Source: an uncultured Acidobacteriota bacterium (GTDB lineage: Bacteria > Acidobacteriota > Terriglobia > JAIQFV01). From it: DNA of 47,026 nt. A program made the position numbers and the translations under genes. This document shows positions 28,226 through 36,451 of the stretch, piece by piece. Numbering within the stretch: the first letter of the stretch is position 1; each line of letters starts with the position of its first letter. The DNA lies in contig CAZIDA010000001.1 in NCBI GenBank assembly GCA_964537865.1, positions 1 through 47,026 of the forward strand. The letters run 5' to 3'. The notes under the pieces were generated by a model. That model was not told the DNA's origin. It was given only the letters and a program-made list of their open reading frames with translations, and did no database searches.

Positions 28226-29452
28226 CTAAATATGACGCATGGCTTGAACCGGCTCCAGCCGCGAGGCGTGTATGGCCGGATACAACGCCACCAACAGCAC
28301 AACGCCCAGCACCGCCACAACGCCCCACACCACATGGCCGATCACGACTTTCGTATACACGATGGTGGACGTGATTCCGATAGCCGCGGTGCCGGCGGCC
28401 CAAGAGGACAGGTCCACGCCACGAGTGGCGAGACCGAGCGTCGATCCACATCCCAGAAGAAATCCCAGCGCGATTCCCACCAGGCCCAGCAACAATGCTT
28501 CGTTCATCACCAGACCGACGATTTGCCGGGGCTTCGTCCCCAGCGACATCATGACCCCAAACTCGTGCACGCGCTCGAACACCGACATCAAGATCGTGTT
28601 CAAAATGCCGATGGAGATCACCGCAAAAAGGATAAGTCCCATGATGTACAGGAAGGCGTCATCCAATTGAATAAACTGTTTGAGAAACGGCTCCACTTGT
28701 GACCACGCAAGAATCTCCACATCGTCCCCGGTCAATTCCTTCGCCAGCGTCTGCTGCGTCGCGTCGACCTGCTGAGAAGTCTGCAACAACAAGACGGCCT
28801 GCGTGACGCCATTCCCCAGTGCGAAGAGCTCTTGGGCGTCGGAGCGAAGCACGTAGACCATCCCTTGATCCAGGTCGGGCGAGCCGGACCGGAAAATTCC
28901 GACCACCCGAAACTGATCGGCCCCCATGGAGCCGTCGGCGGCCTGAACCAGAAGAACGACTTTGTCCCCGATCCCGGCCTGCAGCGTCTTGGCCAGCCGC
29001 GCGCCGATCAGAATGGGATGATGCGTGGATGGATCAAGGTACGTTCCTTGGATGAGGGCGCGATGAATCGTGGTGACGGTGACTTCCTGTTGCGGGTCGA
29101 CGCCGACGATGGCGACACCGGCGGAATTCTCAGAGGTGGAAATCAAGCCGTCGCCTTGAACGCGCGGGGAATAACCGCGCAGGTTGGGCAATCTTTGGAT
29201 AATGGAGCGGACTTCTTCGGGATGAGGCAGCGTCTTGTTCAAGCCCGGGTTGTCGCGGTATCCCTTTCGTTCAATCTCGATGTGCCCGATGTGGGCGCGG
29301 ACAGAATTGTCGACCATCTGTTCATGGAAGCCGTCGGCAAATCCCTGCAATAAAATGAAAAACGCCAGGCCCAACGAAATCGCGCCGATGGTGAGGAGCG
29401 ACCGCCGCCGATAGCGCCAGATGTTTCGCCAAGCCATGTGATAGAAGAGCAT
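28226..29452 (-). CDS. ABC transporter permease (FtsX/LolC/MacB-type)
   Basis: 408 aa: an N-terminal TM segment, a large periplasmic domain, and three C-terminal TM segments with FtsX-like motifs (ILNTILMSVFERVHEFGVMMSLG). Confidence 0.85.
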   Translation of the reverse strand: MLFYHMAWRNIWRYRRRSLLTIGAISLGLAFFILLQGFADGFHEQMVDNSVRAHIGHIEIERKGYRDNPGLNKTLPHPEEVRSIIQRLPNLRGYSPRVQGDGLISTSENSAGVAIVGVDPQQEVTVTTIHRALIQGTYLDPSTHHPILIGARLAKTLQAGIGDKVVLLVQAADGSMGADQFRVVGIFRSGSPDLDQGMVYVLRSDAQELFALGNGVTQAVLLLQTSQQVDATQQTLAKELTGDDVEILAWSQVEPFLKQFIQLDDAFLYIMGLILFAVISIGILNTILMSVFERVHEFGVMMSLGTKPRQIVGLVMNEALLLGLVGIALGFLLGCGSTLGLATRGVDLSSWAAGTAAIGITSTIVYTKVVIGHVVWGVVAVLGVVLLVALYPAIHASRLEPVQAMRHI

Positions 29453-29464
29453 AGACGCGCTTTC

Positions 29465-30235
29465 TCAGAATCGCTGTTTCAAATTCTCCTGCGTATAAAT
29501 TCTGTTGGGGATGGGGCAATCGAACTCCAGCTTCTGAAACTGCAGGGTGGTTTCGTGCCCCGCTTTATTGATGGAGACCATCTTCCACAGCAGAGGGTAA
29601 GGACGGCCGTCGACGGAGCGAATGTCATCGTAGGTCAGAACTTTCTGAAGCTTGTCCTTGTCGCTGTAAAACTCCTCTTTGCGGGGGAGGTCGTCGGACT
29701 TCCGGATGGCCAGAACCAGTTTTCCCCACACCACCGGAGCGTCCGGCTTGGGCGTTGAGATGATGCGATAACAGGGATCGCCGTCGACGGTGACTTCGCC
29801 GTCCAGGCGATGCGTGTAGTCGGTCGGCAGGCTGCTTTCCTTCACCAGATCGTCGTTCGTGAAGTCGCTGCCCATCCACGATTGAAGCATCAGCGAGGGC
29901 GGGATTTTGATGTTTCGCTCGACCTGCGGCAAATACATCCACATGTTCGTGCCGATGCGGAGCGTGCCTGTGCCGGCTTCCTTGGCGGGCGCCGTGATCC
30001 GAATAAATGTTTTGTCCGGATTGACCTGCCAGAAATTCATTTGAAGTGTTCGTTCCCATTCCGGCGTGCGAACCGTCATCAAGGCTTTGCCCTGCAGCGT
30101 TTTTCCGCGCAGCGCTTGGTCGCTCTTTTTGACAATCTCTAAAGCGGTGGGTACGGCCGAGAAGGAAACGGCAGCGACCCACATCAAACAGCATCCGATC
30201 AGAACAAAAAAGCGCGTGCCGCGATTCACCATCAT
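29465..30235 (-). CDS. LolA-like outer-membrane lipoprotein-sorting protein
   Basis: Signal peptide, then the LolA-like family pattern (ALEIVKKSDQALRGKTLQGKALMTV.. MWMYLPQVERNIKIPPSLMLQSWMGSDFTNDDL). Confidence 0.65.
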   Translation of the reverse strand: MMVNRGTRFFVLIGCCLMWVAAVSFSAVPTALEIVKKSDQALRGKTLQGKALMTVRTPEWERTLQMNFWQVNPDKTFIRITAPAKEAGTGTLRIGTNMWMYLPQVERNIKIPPSLMLQSWMGSDFTNDDLVKESSLPTDYTHRLDGEVTVDGDPCYRIISTPKPDAPVVWGKLVLAIRKSDDLPRKEEFYSDKDKLQKVLTYDDIRSVDGRPYPLLWKMVSINKAGHETTLQFQKLEFDCPIPNRIYTQENLKQRF

Positions 30236-30244
30236 CCTCCATTT

Positions 30245-30886
30245 CTATCGAAGCGCATTCTCTCCGGCAGACTCGGGCGGCTTCGACAATCCCCGAATCA
30301 AGACTTCCATAAAGGCCGCGCCAAGCTTGGCGGGATCAAGGCTCGGATCGAACCAAGCCTGCAGAAACAGGCCATCGATGGCGCCGACCAAGACGGCGCC
30401 CACCGCCTCGGGCTCTGCGTTCTCGGAAAACTCGCCTTGCTCGATTCCGCGACGAATGATGGCGGCAATGAAAGTCCGGAACATGGAATAGCAGTCGCGA
30501 AACATGGCGCCGATTCGCTCCCGGAGTTCCGCCGTGGCCGAAGCGGACCAGAATTCAAAAGTGAGTGGAAACAACCGCCGCGCGTCTTCCGCTAGGTTCA
30601 CCAGCGAGGACATCAACCGGCGGAGCTCTTCGGTGGGCTTCTCTTCGAATTTCGAGACCCGCGACTCCATCTGACTGAAGGCCTGCTTCATGTACTCGTC
30701 AAAGACCGCAAAAAAGAGATCCTGTTTGCTTTTGAAATATTCGTAAACGGTCCCTTTTCCCACGGAGGCGCGTTCCGCGATTTCGTCGATGGTGGTGGCA
30801 TTATACCCCTTCTCCGCGAACAGCAGGGTAGCCTGCTGAATGATGGCGGATGCCTTGTCTCTTCGACCTGCAGGATGTGTGCTCAT
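30245..30886 (-). CDS. TetR/AcrR family transcriptional regulator
   Basis: N-terminal HTH: ATLLFAEKGYNATTIDEIAERASVGKGTVYEYFKSKQDLF. Confidence 0.9.
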   Translation of the reverse strand: MSTHPAGRRDKASAIIQQATLLFAEKGYNATTIDEIAERASVGKGTVYEYFKSKQDLFFAVFDEYMKQAFSQMESRVSKFEEKPTEELRRLMSSLVNLAEDARRLFPLTFEFWSASATAELRERIGAMFRDCYSMFRTFIAAIIRRGIEQGEFSENAEPEAVGAVLVGAIDGLFLQAWFDPSLDPAKLGAAFMEVLIRGLSKPPESAGENALR

Positions 30887-30910
30887 TACAGTATCAATTG
30901 CTGTTTGTTC

Positions 30911-30964
30911 TCGACTGACCAGTCAGTCGGATGGAATTCTAATACCGACCGACTGGTCAGTCAA
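30911..30964. promoter_or_regulatory. probable TetR operator (20-bp inverted repeat pair)
   Basis: TCGACTGACCAGTCAGTCGG (30911-30930) and CCGACCGACTGGTCAGTCAA (30945-30964) are near-perfect reverse complements around a GAATTC-centred spacer. Each arm is itself palindromic. The site is 25 nt upstream of the TetR start. Confidence 0.55.
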
Positions 30965-31613
30965 TTAGAAAAGGCAGTGACGTAGAAAGGATTGGCAGTT
31001 TAGGCATGAATGGAGACTTCCTTCTCCAGTTCCGCGAGAATGCGGTGATTCAGATCCGAATAAGTGATGACGAGCGATGCGGCCTCGGGAGTGGATGCGT
31101 TGAAGATTTGGACGAAGTCATCGACGAGGCGATCCATGCGATCCAAGATGCGCTGCGCCTTCTCGGAGGGAAGTGCAGCCACATCGAGAATGCCGGCGGT
31201 TGGCGAGCGCTTCCAGAATAGTGCGATCCTTCAGCAAAGTCCGTGACAATGTGGATGGTGCAAAGAATTCGATTGCAATGAGGAGGCTCAGAAAATATGA
31301 TTGGAGACGAACAGTTACTCCGAGGCGGACTTTGAACTGAAGTATCGCGATAATGTTGTGATTCATCCGCCGGCGCCACGGATTCTCGAAGCACGAAATA
31401 AACTCAGCGGCCAACGAGAATATCCTTGAGACACTGATTGCTCACCGTTGAATTGCCTTACCGCAGATGCGATTTCTCCGAGAGGCTTTGATCGAGGACG
31501 CAAGAGCTGAGCCGAAATTCATTCAACGACTTATCGAAGCGGCCGGGGTGTTTGCGCCGATTTGATTCTCGGACGAAGTCGGCGATTCTATTGTTTAAGA
31601 GAAAGGAGGAACC

Positions 31614-32033
31614 ATGAGCGACCGCAAGTATCGACAGCGTGGCTACCAGGATTCGGGTCGAGGCGAAAAGCCGGCGACCAAAGCGCCTTCACCGAAATCC
31701 GAAAGCTTTGGACCGCGGACGCCGAACATGCCCGGGAAGCGCTCCGTCGTTCGATGCGCCGGGTGCGGCGTCATTCTTCCCGCCGAATCGGATTACTCCG
31801 GACAATGTCCACGTTGCGGCTTCGAATTGCATAGCTGCAAACAGTGCACGCATTTCGAGCCGTCGGCGCCGTTGGAGTGCACGCGCCCCATCACCGAGCG
31901 AATCGGAAAGAAAGACGCGCGTAACAATTGCGCTTTTTATGAACCGCGTGTGACGGTCGAACGCGAAACCTCGTCCGGGTCGTCCCGGCCTAACGATGCC
32001 CGCAAGGCGTTCGACGATCTCTTCAAGAATTGA
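31614..32033 (+). CDS. Cys-rich zinc-ribbon protein, function unknown
   Basis: Strong RBS GAAAGGAGGAACC before the ATG. A basic disordered N-terminus is followed by CAGCG..CPRCG..CKQC..C..C cysteine pairs. Confidence 0.65.
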   Translation: MSDRKYRQRGYQDSGRGEKPATKAPSPKSESFGPRTPNMPGKRSVVRCAGCGVILPAESDYSGQCPRCGFELHSCKQCTHFEPSAPLECTRPITERIGKKDARNNCAFYEPRVTVERETSSGSSRPNDARKAFDDLFKN

Positions 32034-32101
32034 GCTTGAAAATCAAACGCGAGCGGTTCTGATTTTCGAAGGCTCCTCGCATCGTTTCGCTTCCGTTCGC
32101 A

Positions 32102-32131
32102 TTGACAGTATTCTTGAGGGTGAGATATAGT
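32102..32131 (+). promoter_or_regulatory. candidate sigma70 promoter for tRNA-Leu
   Basis: TTGACA (32102-32107), 18-nt spacer, TATAGT (32126-32131), about 20 nt upstream of the tRNA 5' end. Confidence 0.5.
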
Positions 32132-32150
32132 GCCATCCGCTTGGTCGCGT

Positions 32151-32238
32151 GCAGGAGTGGCGGAATTGGCAGACGCACCAGACTCAAAATCTGGCGGATC
32201 TCTGATCCTTGAGGGTTCAATTCCCTCCTCCTGCACCA
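32151..32238 (+). tRNA. tRNA-Leu (anticodon CAA), class II long variable arm, CCA encoded
   Basis: Acceptor GCAGGAG/CTCCTGC, TGGCGGAATTGGCAGACGC D region, anticodon arm CCAGA-CTCAAAA-TCTGG, variable arm CGGATCTCTGATCCTTG, T arm GAGGG-TTCAATT-CCCTC, then A-CCA. Confidence 0.95.
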
Positions 32239-32405
32239 GCCGATTCAAGAATCACATTTCCCCGAATGATTCCGGATACTGAAGTTGAAGGTTGGGATGT
32301 CCGTTTCATGTCCAAATTGAATGCTGCTTCTTCCGCACTCAGACGTCAACCTTTGGAATATCGTTTTGTTGTCTTCATGAGATCGGCGTAAAATGCCGAG
32401 GAAAC

Positions 32406-32603
32406 ATGAAACAGGCCAAGAAATCTAAAGGCGAGTTGATCGAGAGAGAATCTGTTCCTGACTTGCCTGCGTATAGTGAGGATGGGGTGGATCTGACTCT
32501 GATCCGATGGATGCTTTCCCTTTCGCCTGCCGAACGGCTGGAGACACTGCAGCAGAATGTGCAATCACTTTTGAGGCTGCGCGGTGACCAAACCGAGACC
32601 TGA
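32406..32603 (+). CDS. small protein partner of the downstream nucleotidyltransferase (antitoxin-like position)
   Basis: ATG 32406 follows GAGGAAAC and gives 65 aa (MKQAKKSKGELIERE..LIRWMLSLSPAERLETLQQNVQSLLRL). It overlaps the next ORF by 20 nt. Confidence 0.5.
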   Translation: MKQAKKSKGELIERESVPDLPAYSEDGVDLTLIRWMLSLSPAERLETLQQNVQSLLRLRGDQTET

Positions 32604-33111
32604 CTTCTTAAGAATACTGGAAGTGTTGACCGCGCATCACGTTGATTTCATCGTGGTGGGTGGCGTGTCTGCTGTCCTTCATGGAGCCCCCGTCGCCACC
32701 TTTGATTTGGATGTGGTCCATTCACGTCAACCGAAAAACCTTCATCGCCTGCTGCGAGCCTTGGAGGATTTGGGATCTCGCTATCGAGGTGTCGGAAATC
32801 GATCGGTGAAGCCACGGTTGGCTCACTTGCGTACTTCCGGTCATCAATTGTTGATGACGCGAGCGGGTCCGCTGGACCTTCTGGGAGAAATTGGCCACGG
32901 AAGCAGATATGAAGGATTGCTCTCTGAAACAACTGAATTGGAAATACAAAAAGGCGTCAAAATTCGCGTCTTGAATCTCGAGGCGCTCATCCGAATCAAA
33001 ATGGAGACGGCCCGCGACAAGGACAAAGCAGTCATCGCCGTCCTGAAGCAAACCTTGAAGGAAAAAATGAAAAACGGAAGACGGAAGATGGATCCTGTAA
33101 ACGGTTGTTAG
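32584..33111 (+). CDS. minimal nucleotidyltransferase-fold protein (MNT-like)
   Basis: hG[GS]x(9-13)DhD pattern: VVGGVSAVLHGAPVATFDLDVV. The C-terminus has IRVLNLEALIRIKMETARDKD, as in small NTase family proteins. GTG start at 32584. Confidence 0.65.
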   Translation: MTKPRPDFLRILEVLTAHHVDFIVVGGVSAVLHGAPVATFDLDVVHSRQPKNLHRLLRALEDLGSRYRGVGNRSVKPRLAHLRTSGHQLLMTRAGPLDLLGEIGHGSRYEGLLSETTELEIQKGVKIRVLNLEALIRIKMETARDKDKAVIAVLKQTLKEKMKNGRRKMDPVNGC

Positions 33112-33310
33112 AATTGTCTTCTTGTTTGGCAGGCCGCGTTGTTATATCCTGATTTCGGAATTTGATTTGGTCCGCCTTTTGGCGGCGAAAATTCGAAGAC
33201 CCCCCAACAATACTTCCATTTGGAATGCCCCCTGATTTTGTGCGTCTGTCTTAATCAGTGGGGCGAACCACTTTCTTTGAACCAACCCCCGTGAGCACCA
33301 AGGAGGTTTT

Positions 33311-33922
33311 ATGCCAGATAACAAGGTGGAAGAACTGAATGCAACAAGCATTGAAGAACGCATCGAGAAACTGAAGAAGCGAGCCAAAGAGGTGTGCGGA
33401 TCGGAAATGGTGTCGGGATTTGCGGACGACTGCCCGCCCGAGTTGGAAGAGCAATTTTGGAAGCAAGTTATTGCCTACCATGAATCAGAAGAAGCGCCGT
33501 TCTTTGACGTACTGTTAAAAGCAGGCGTGAGCTTGCCGGCGCCGCAGCAACTGGACGATCAACAACTCACGGTCAAGCTGTGGGAAGTCATTCGCGCTCT
33601 GGCCATGTTGGGCGCTTTCTTGGAATTTACAAATCACTTGAGCGACCGGGAACTTTACGCGATGTTGTGGAACGACATTCTGCGTGAGCCGACCATGCTC
33701 CAACCGGAGGACCCGGATTTCGCCTGTCATATCGACGTGCTTGGTTCAGGCAGCGAGGAAGACACCTCTCTCTACTTGAAATACTTTGTAGACGCCGGCG
33801 AACGTCAGCGTTGGGCCATCCAGTTTCCAGAAGACAAGATCCCGGCCCACGTCGATCCGCCATACGATCGCGACCGCCATTTGCCCAAAGCACACGAACC
33901 GTCGGAAATTTCGAAGCAGTGA
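33311..33922 (+). CDS. acidic hypothetical protein
   Basis: 203-aa ORF preceded by AAGGAGG. Codon usage is coding-like. I could not assign a domain. Confidence 0.6.
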   Translation: MPDNKVEELNATSIEERIEKLKKRAKEVCGSEMVSGFADDCPPELEEQFWKQVIAYHESEEAPFFDVLLKAGVSLPAPQQLDDQQLTVKLWEVIRALAMLGAFLEFTNHLSDRELYAMLWNDILREPTMLQPEDPDFACHIDVLGSGSEEDTSLYLKYFVDAGERQRWAIQFPEDKIPAHVDPPYDRDRHLPKAHEPSEISKQ

Positions 33923-33999
33923 GGCCGGCAGATTGGATCTCAGAGTTCGTTCCGCATGGCCATTCATTTCTCCTGCTTCGAAAATAGGTGTGATGCTTT

Positions 34000-34102
34000 G
34001 GTAGCCGGGATTCGCCCGCTGTTTGGCGAATCCCGGATATCGCTGCGATTCGGACATCCGGGATGCTCTCCGCCTGCGGCGGAAGCATCCCGGCTACCAC
34101 AT
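34000..34102 (-). repeat. structured intergenic repeat, family B, copy 2
   Basis: It has the same ends and arms as 23686..23771, with a perfect 12-bp outer stem GGTAGCCGGGAT/ATCCCGGCTACC and a 17-nt internal insertion (ATATCGCTGCGATTCGG). Confidence 0.8.
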
Positions 34103-34107
34103 CATTT

Positions 34108-34362
34108 TCATGTCCTTGGGTGGTCACCGCGGCGACCAGGAGCAGCCATCAAGGAATAACTCGTGCTGCGCCCACCGGCACGGTCTTTGATCAGGATGCC
34201 GTGTTTGATCAAGGCGAGAATATCGCGGTGATCTGTGTCCTGAGAGCATTTCGCCAGCTTGGCCCATTTTAACGAGGTCAGCTCTCCATCAATGCCATCG
34301 AGCATCATCTCCACCACGTCCTCAACGCTGCGATGGACCAGCACCAACCCGGCAACATCCAT
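34108..34362 (-). pseudogene. C-terminal fragment of a Fic/DOC-family protein (winged-helix tail only)
   Basis: KWAKLAKCSQDTDHRDILALIKHGILIKDRAGGRSTSYSL matches the usual Fic-family C-terminal wHTH tail (..S..TA.RDL..L...G.L...G.GR.T.Y.L). No Fic HPFxxGNG core lies upstream. Confidence 0.45.
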
Positions 34363-34392
34363 TCCCAGCCGTCGCGCAACTGAGGAGCGAAC

Positions 34393-34776
34393 CTACCGGA
34401 TCATTTGCATCTTCACGTCTGTTCTCAGTTTCGCCCATGTTCGTTCAGCCGTGACCACGGTAAGGCGGCGCGCCAGGCCTAAAGCGAGACAACTTCGGTC
34501 CCCGATGGATAGCCCCAATTTCCTTGTGGTCAGGCGCAGGGCAGCAGCGAGATGGGCCATGTCGGCATCAAAGGGGATGATCTCGAGATTCAGTAGATCA
34601 AGACTCTCGCGTGCTTCCTTCTCAGATAACCCGGCCTCCATCAACTTCCCCATCACTTCGCAGAAATTAACGGCGCCGATGACGGAGTCGGCCAGTACCG
34701 TTTCGACCCTGTCGTGGCCGGTCTCTCGATTGAGCAATGCGAGAACGGCCGAGGCATCCAGCACGTATTTACTCAT
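34393..34776 (-). CDS. vapC: PIN-domain toxin VapC
   Basis: [15 protein letters not shown] (first acidic residue of the PIN fold) and C-terminal GDRSCLALG. The start overlaps the vapB stop by 8 nt. Confidence 0.85.
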   Translation of the reverse strand: MSKYVLDASAVLALLNRETGHDRVETVLADSVIGAVNFCEVMGKLMEAGLSEKEARESLDLLNLEIIPFDADMAHLAAALRLTTRKLGLSIGDRSCLALGLARRLTVVTAERTWAKLRTDVKMQMIR

Positions 34777-35017
34777 GAGCGGCCTCAACGCGGCGCTCGT
34801 GGGTTAGTTCGTGCACTAACGATCTGCCCTTCTTGACCTTCCGCCGCACCATCGCTTGCGCCCGTCTGAGCGCTTCCACGCGCGTCAGGATGCGCAGCTC
34901 ACCTTCCACCACACGGATGGTCACCTCATCGCCGATTTTGAGGCCGAGGGTGCGTCGATGTTCAGCAGGAATGACCACTCTTCCGCCCTCTGTGATCTTG
35001 GTCATGATTCCATTCAT
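34769..35017 (-). CDS. vapB: AbrB/SpoVT-type antitoxin VapB
   Basis: ATG 35017 is 9 nt after AAGGAGGTG. It has a swapped-hairpin motif, [32 protein letters not shown]. Confidence 0.8.
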   Translation of the reverse strand: MNGIMTKITEGGRVVIPAEHRRTLGLKIGDEVTIRVVEGELRILTRVEALRRAQAMVRRKVKKGRSLVHELTHERRVEAAHE

Positions 35018-35058
35018 GCGAATTGACACCTCCTTTGGAATATGTCATTCATAAATAT

Positions 35059-35086
35059 AATACCATATTTTGTGGATTATGGTATT
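35059..35086. promoter_or_regulatory. 9-bp inverted repeat upstream of vapBC (possible operator)
   Basis: AATACCATA-N10-TATGGTATT in the AT-rich region about 45-70 nt upstream of the vapB start. Confidence 0.35.
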
Positions 35087-35229
35087 TCAGTCCATTGGGT
35101 TTGTTGGACTCCGTTCAGGAAGATCTTTCCCCATTCCGACTTTCCGGAAAAAACCACCCGCACAAGCCTTCCCTGTTGTAGAATGGCAGATTCTAATTAG
35201 CGAGTGAAAGGGACCGGACAGAATAACCA

Positions 35230-36249
35230 ATGAAAGCCGGATTGATGATCAAGAACGGCCTGAAGCAGTTGCTGCACGGCTTTCAGCGTCCGTTCATGAT
35301 GATGTTCGAGACGACCTTGCACTGCAACATGGCGTGCGAGTATTGCACGGTGTGGTCGAACGATCGCAACGAAAAGATCATGACCAAGGAGCAGGCCTTC
35401 CGACGCATCGACGAAGCCATCGACTTGGGAATCTTTGCGCTCAGTTTTTCCGGTGGAGAACCGCTGCTGAATCCCAACACCGCCGATTACATTGTCTACG
35501 GGGCGGACGGCGGCCTGTTCGTCTCCATGCCCACCAACGGTCTGGCGCTTCGGAAGTACGCCACGGCGCTTCAGCGCCTCGATCTGCTGGAAGTTTCCAT
35601 CGACACGCTGGACGAAAAGAAATTCGCCAAGCGTCGGGGTCTCGATTCACTGAAAAACATCATCGAGCAATTGGATTTTCTGATCGCGCATCACCGCCCC
35701 CGCGACATTCAATTGAACGCGGCGGTCAACCTGGAAAATCTCGACGACCTGCCGTCGCTGGCGGCGTTTGCCGATGAGCGCGGCATTCATCTTCACACCG
35801 AAGCGGTTCACAACGTCATGCGCTACGGTTTGGTCGAAGGCGATGGGGAGATGAACCCGGAAGAAATTCGGAAGGTGGAGCTGTTCCTGCATCAACTCAA
35901 GAAGCAGCACAAGTCGGTGCGGTTCTATTCGTACTATTACAAATTTTATCGAGAAGGCGGATTCAGCCGCCGCTTTCCATGTCGTTCGGCTTCGCATCTC
36001 ATCAATCTCAAGCCGGACGGGGCGGCTCAGTTTCCCTGCGCTTTTGTTATGAAGCATCGAGGCAACGCCAATCAGACGCTCCAGGAAATTTTCAGAAGCC
36101 CGGAGGTCCGCGCTCTCATCAAACAGGAGACCAACGGGATGTGGGATTTCTGCAATGGCTGCAAGATTGGATGTCCTTTCGAAGTCTCTTTGTACACGCA
36201 CCCCCTGTTGGCGATTCAAGGAACCTCCGATTTTTGGGTGGATCGATAG
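35230..36249 (+). CDS. radical SAM protein with a Cys-rich C-terminal (SPASM/twitch-like) region
   Basis: CX3CX2C cluster motif LHCNMACEYCTVW, SFSGGEPLL glycine motif, and C-terminal cysteines PCRSAS..FPC and CNGCKIGC. Confidence 0.8.
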   Translation: MKAGLMIKNGLKQLLHGFQRPFMMMFETTLHCNMACEYCTVWSNDRNEKIMTKEQAFRRIDEAIDLGIFALSFSGGEPLLNPNTADYIVYGADGGLFVSMPTNGLALRKYATALQRLDLLEVSIDTLDEKKFAKRRGLDSLKNIIEQLDFLIAHHRPRDIQLNAAVNLENLDDLPSLAAFADERGIHLHTEAVHNVMRYGLVEGDGEMNPEEIRKVELFLHQLKKQHKSVRFYSYYYKFYREGGFSRRFPCRSASHLINLKPDGAAQFPCAFVMKHRGNANQTLQEIFRSPEVRALIKQETNGMWDFCNGCKIGCPFEVSLYTHPLLAIQGTSDFWVDR

Positions 36250-36451
36250 CCGTGCGGCGCCGGCGTCTTCTTTGCGCCCCAAGATTTTTCGCGGGCCGCG
36301 GCCAGGAAAACATTTCCCTTCCACAGCGGTCGGCTCTCCTGCGTCGGGCGAGCCTCCCCGCGATTTTTCCCCGGTATTGCTTGAGATTTGTTGATGGCGC
36401 TTTGGATCGAACGTCGCTTTCGATGACTTCGGTGGTTTTTTCTGATTGCTC

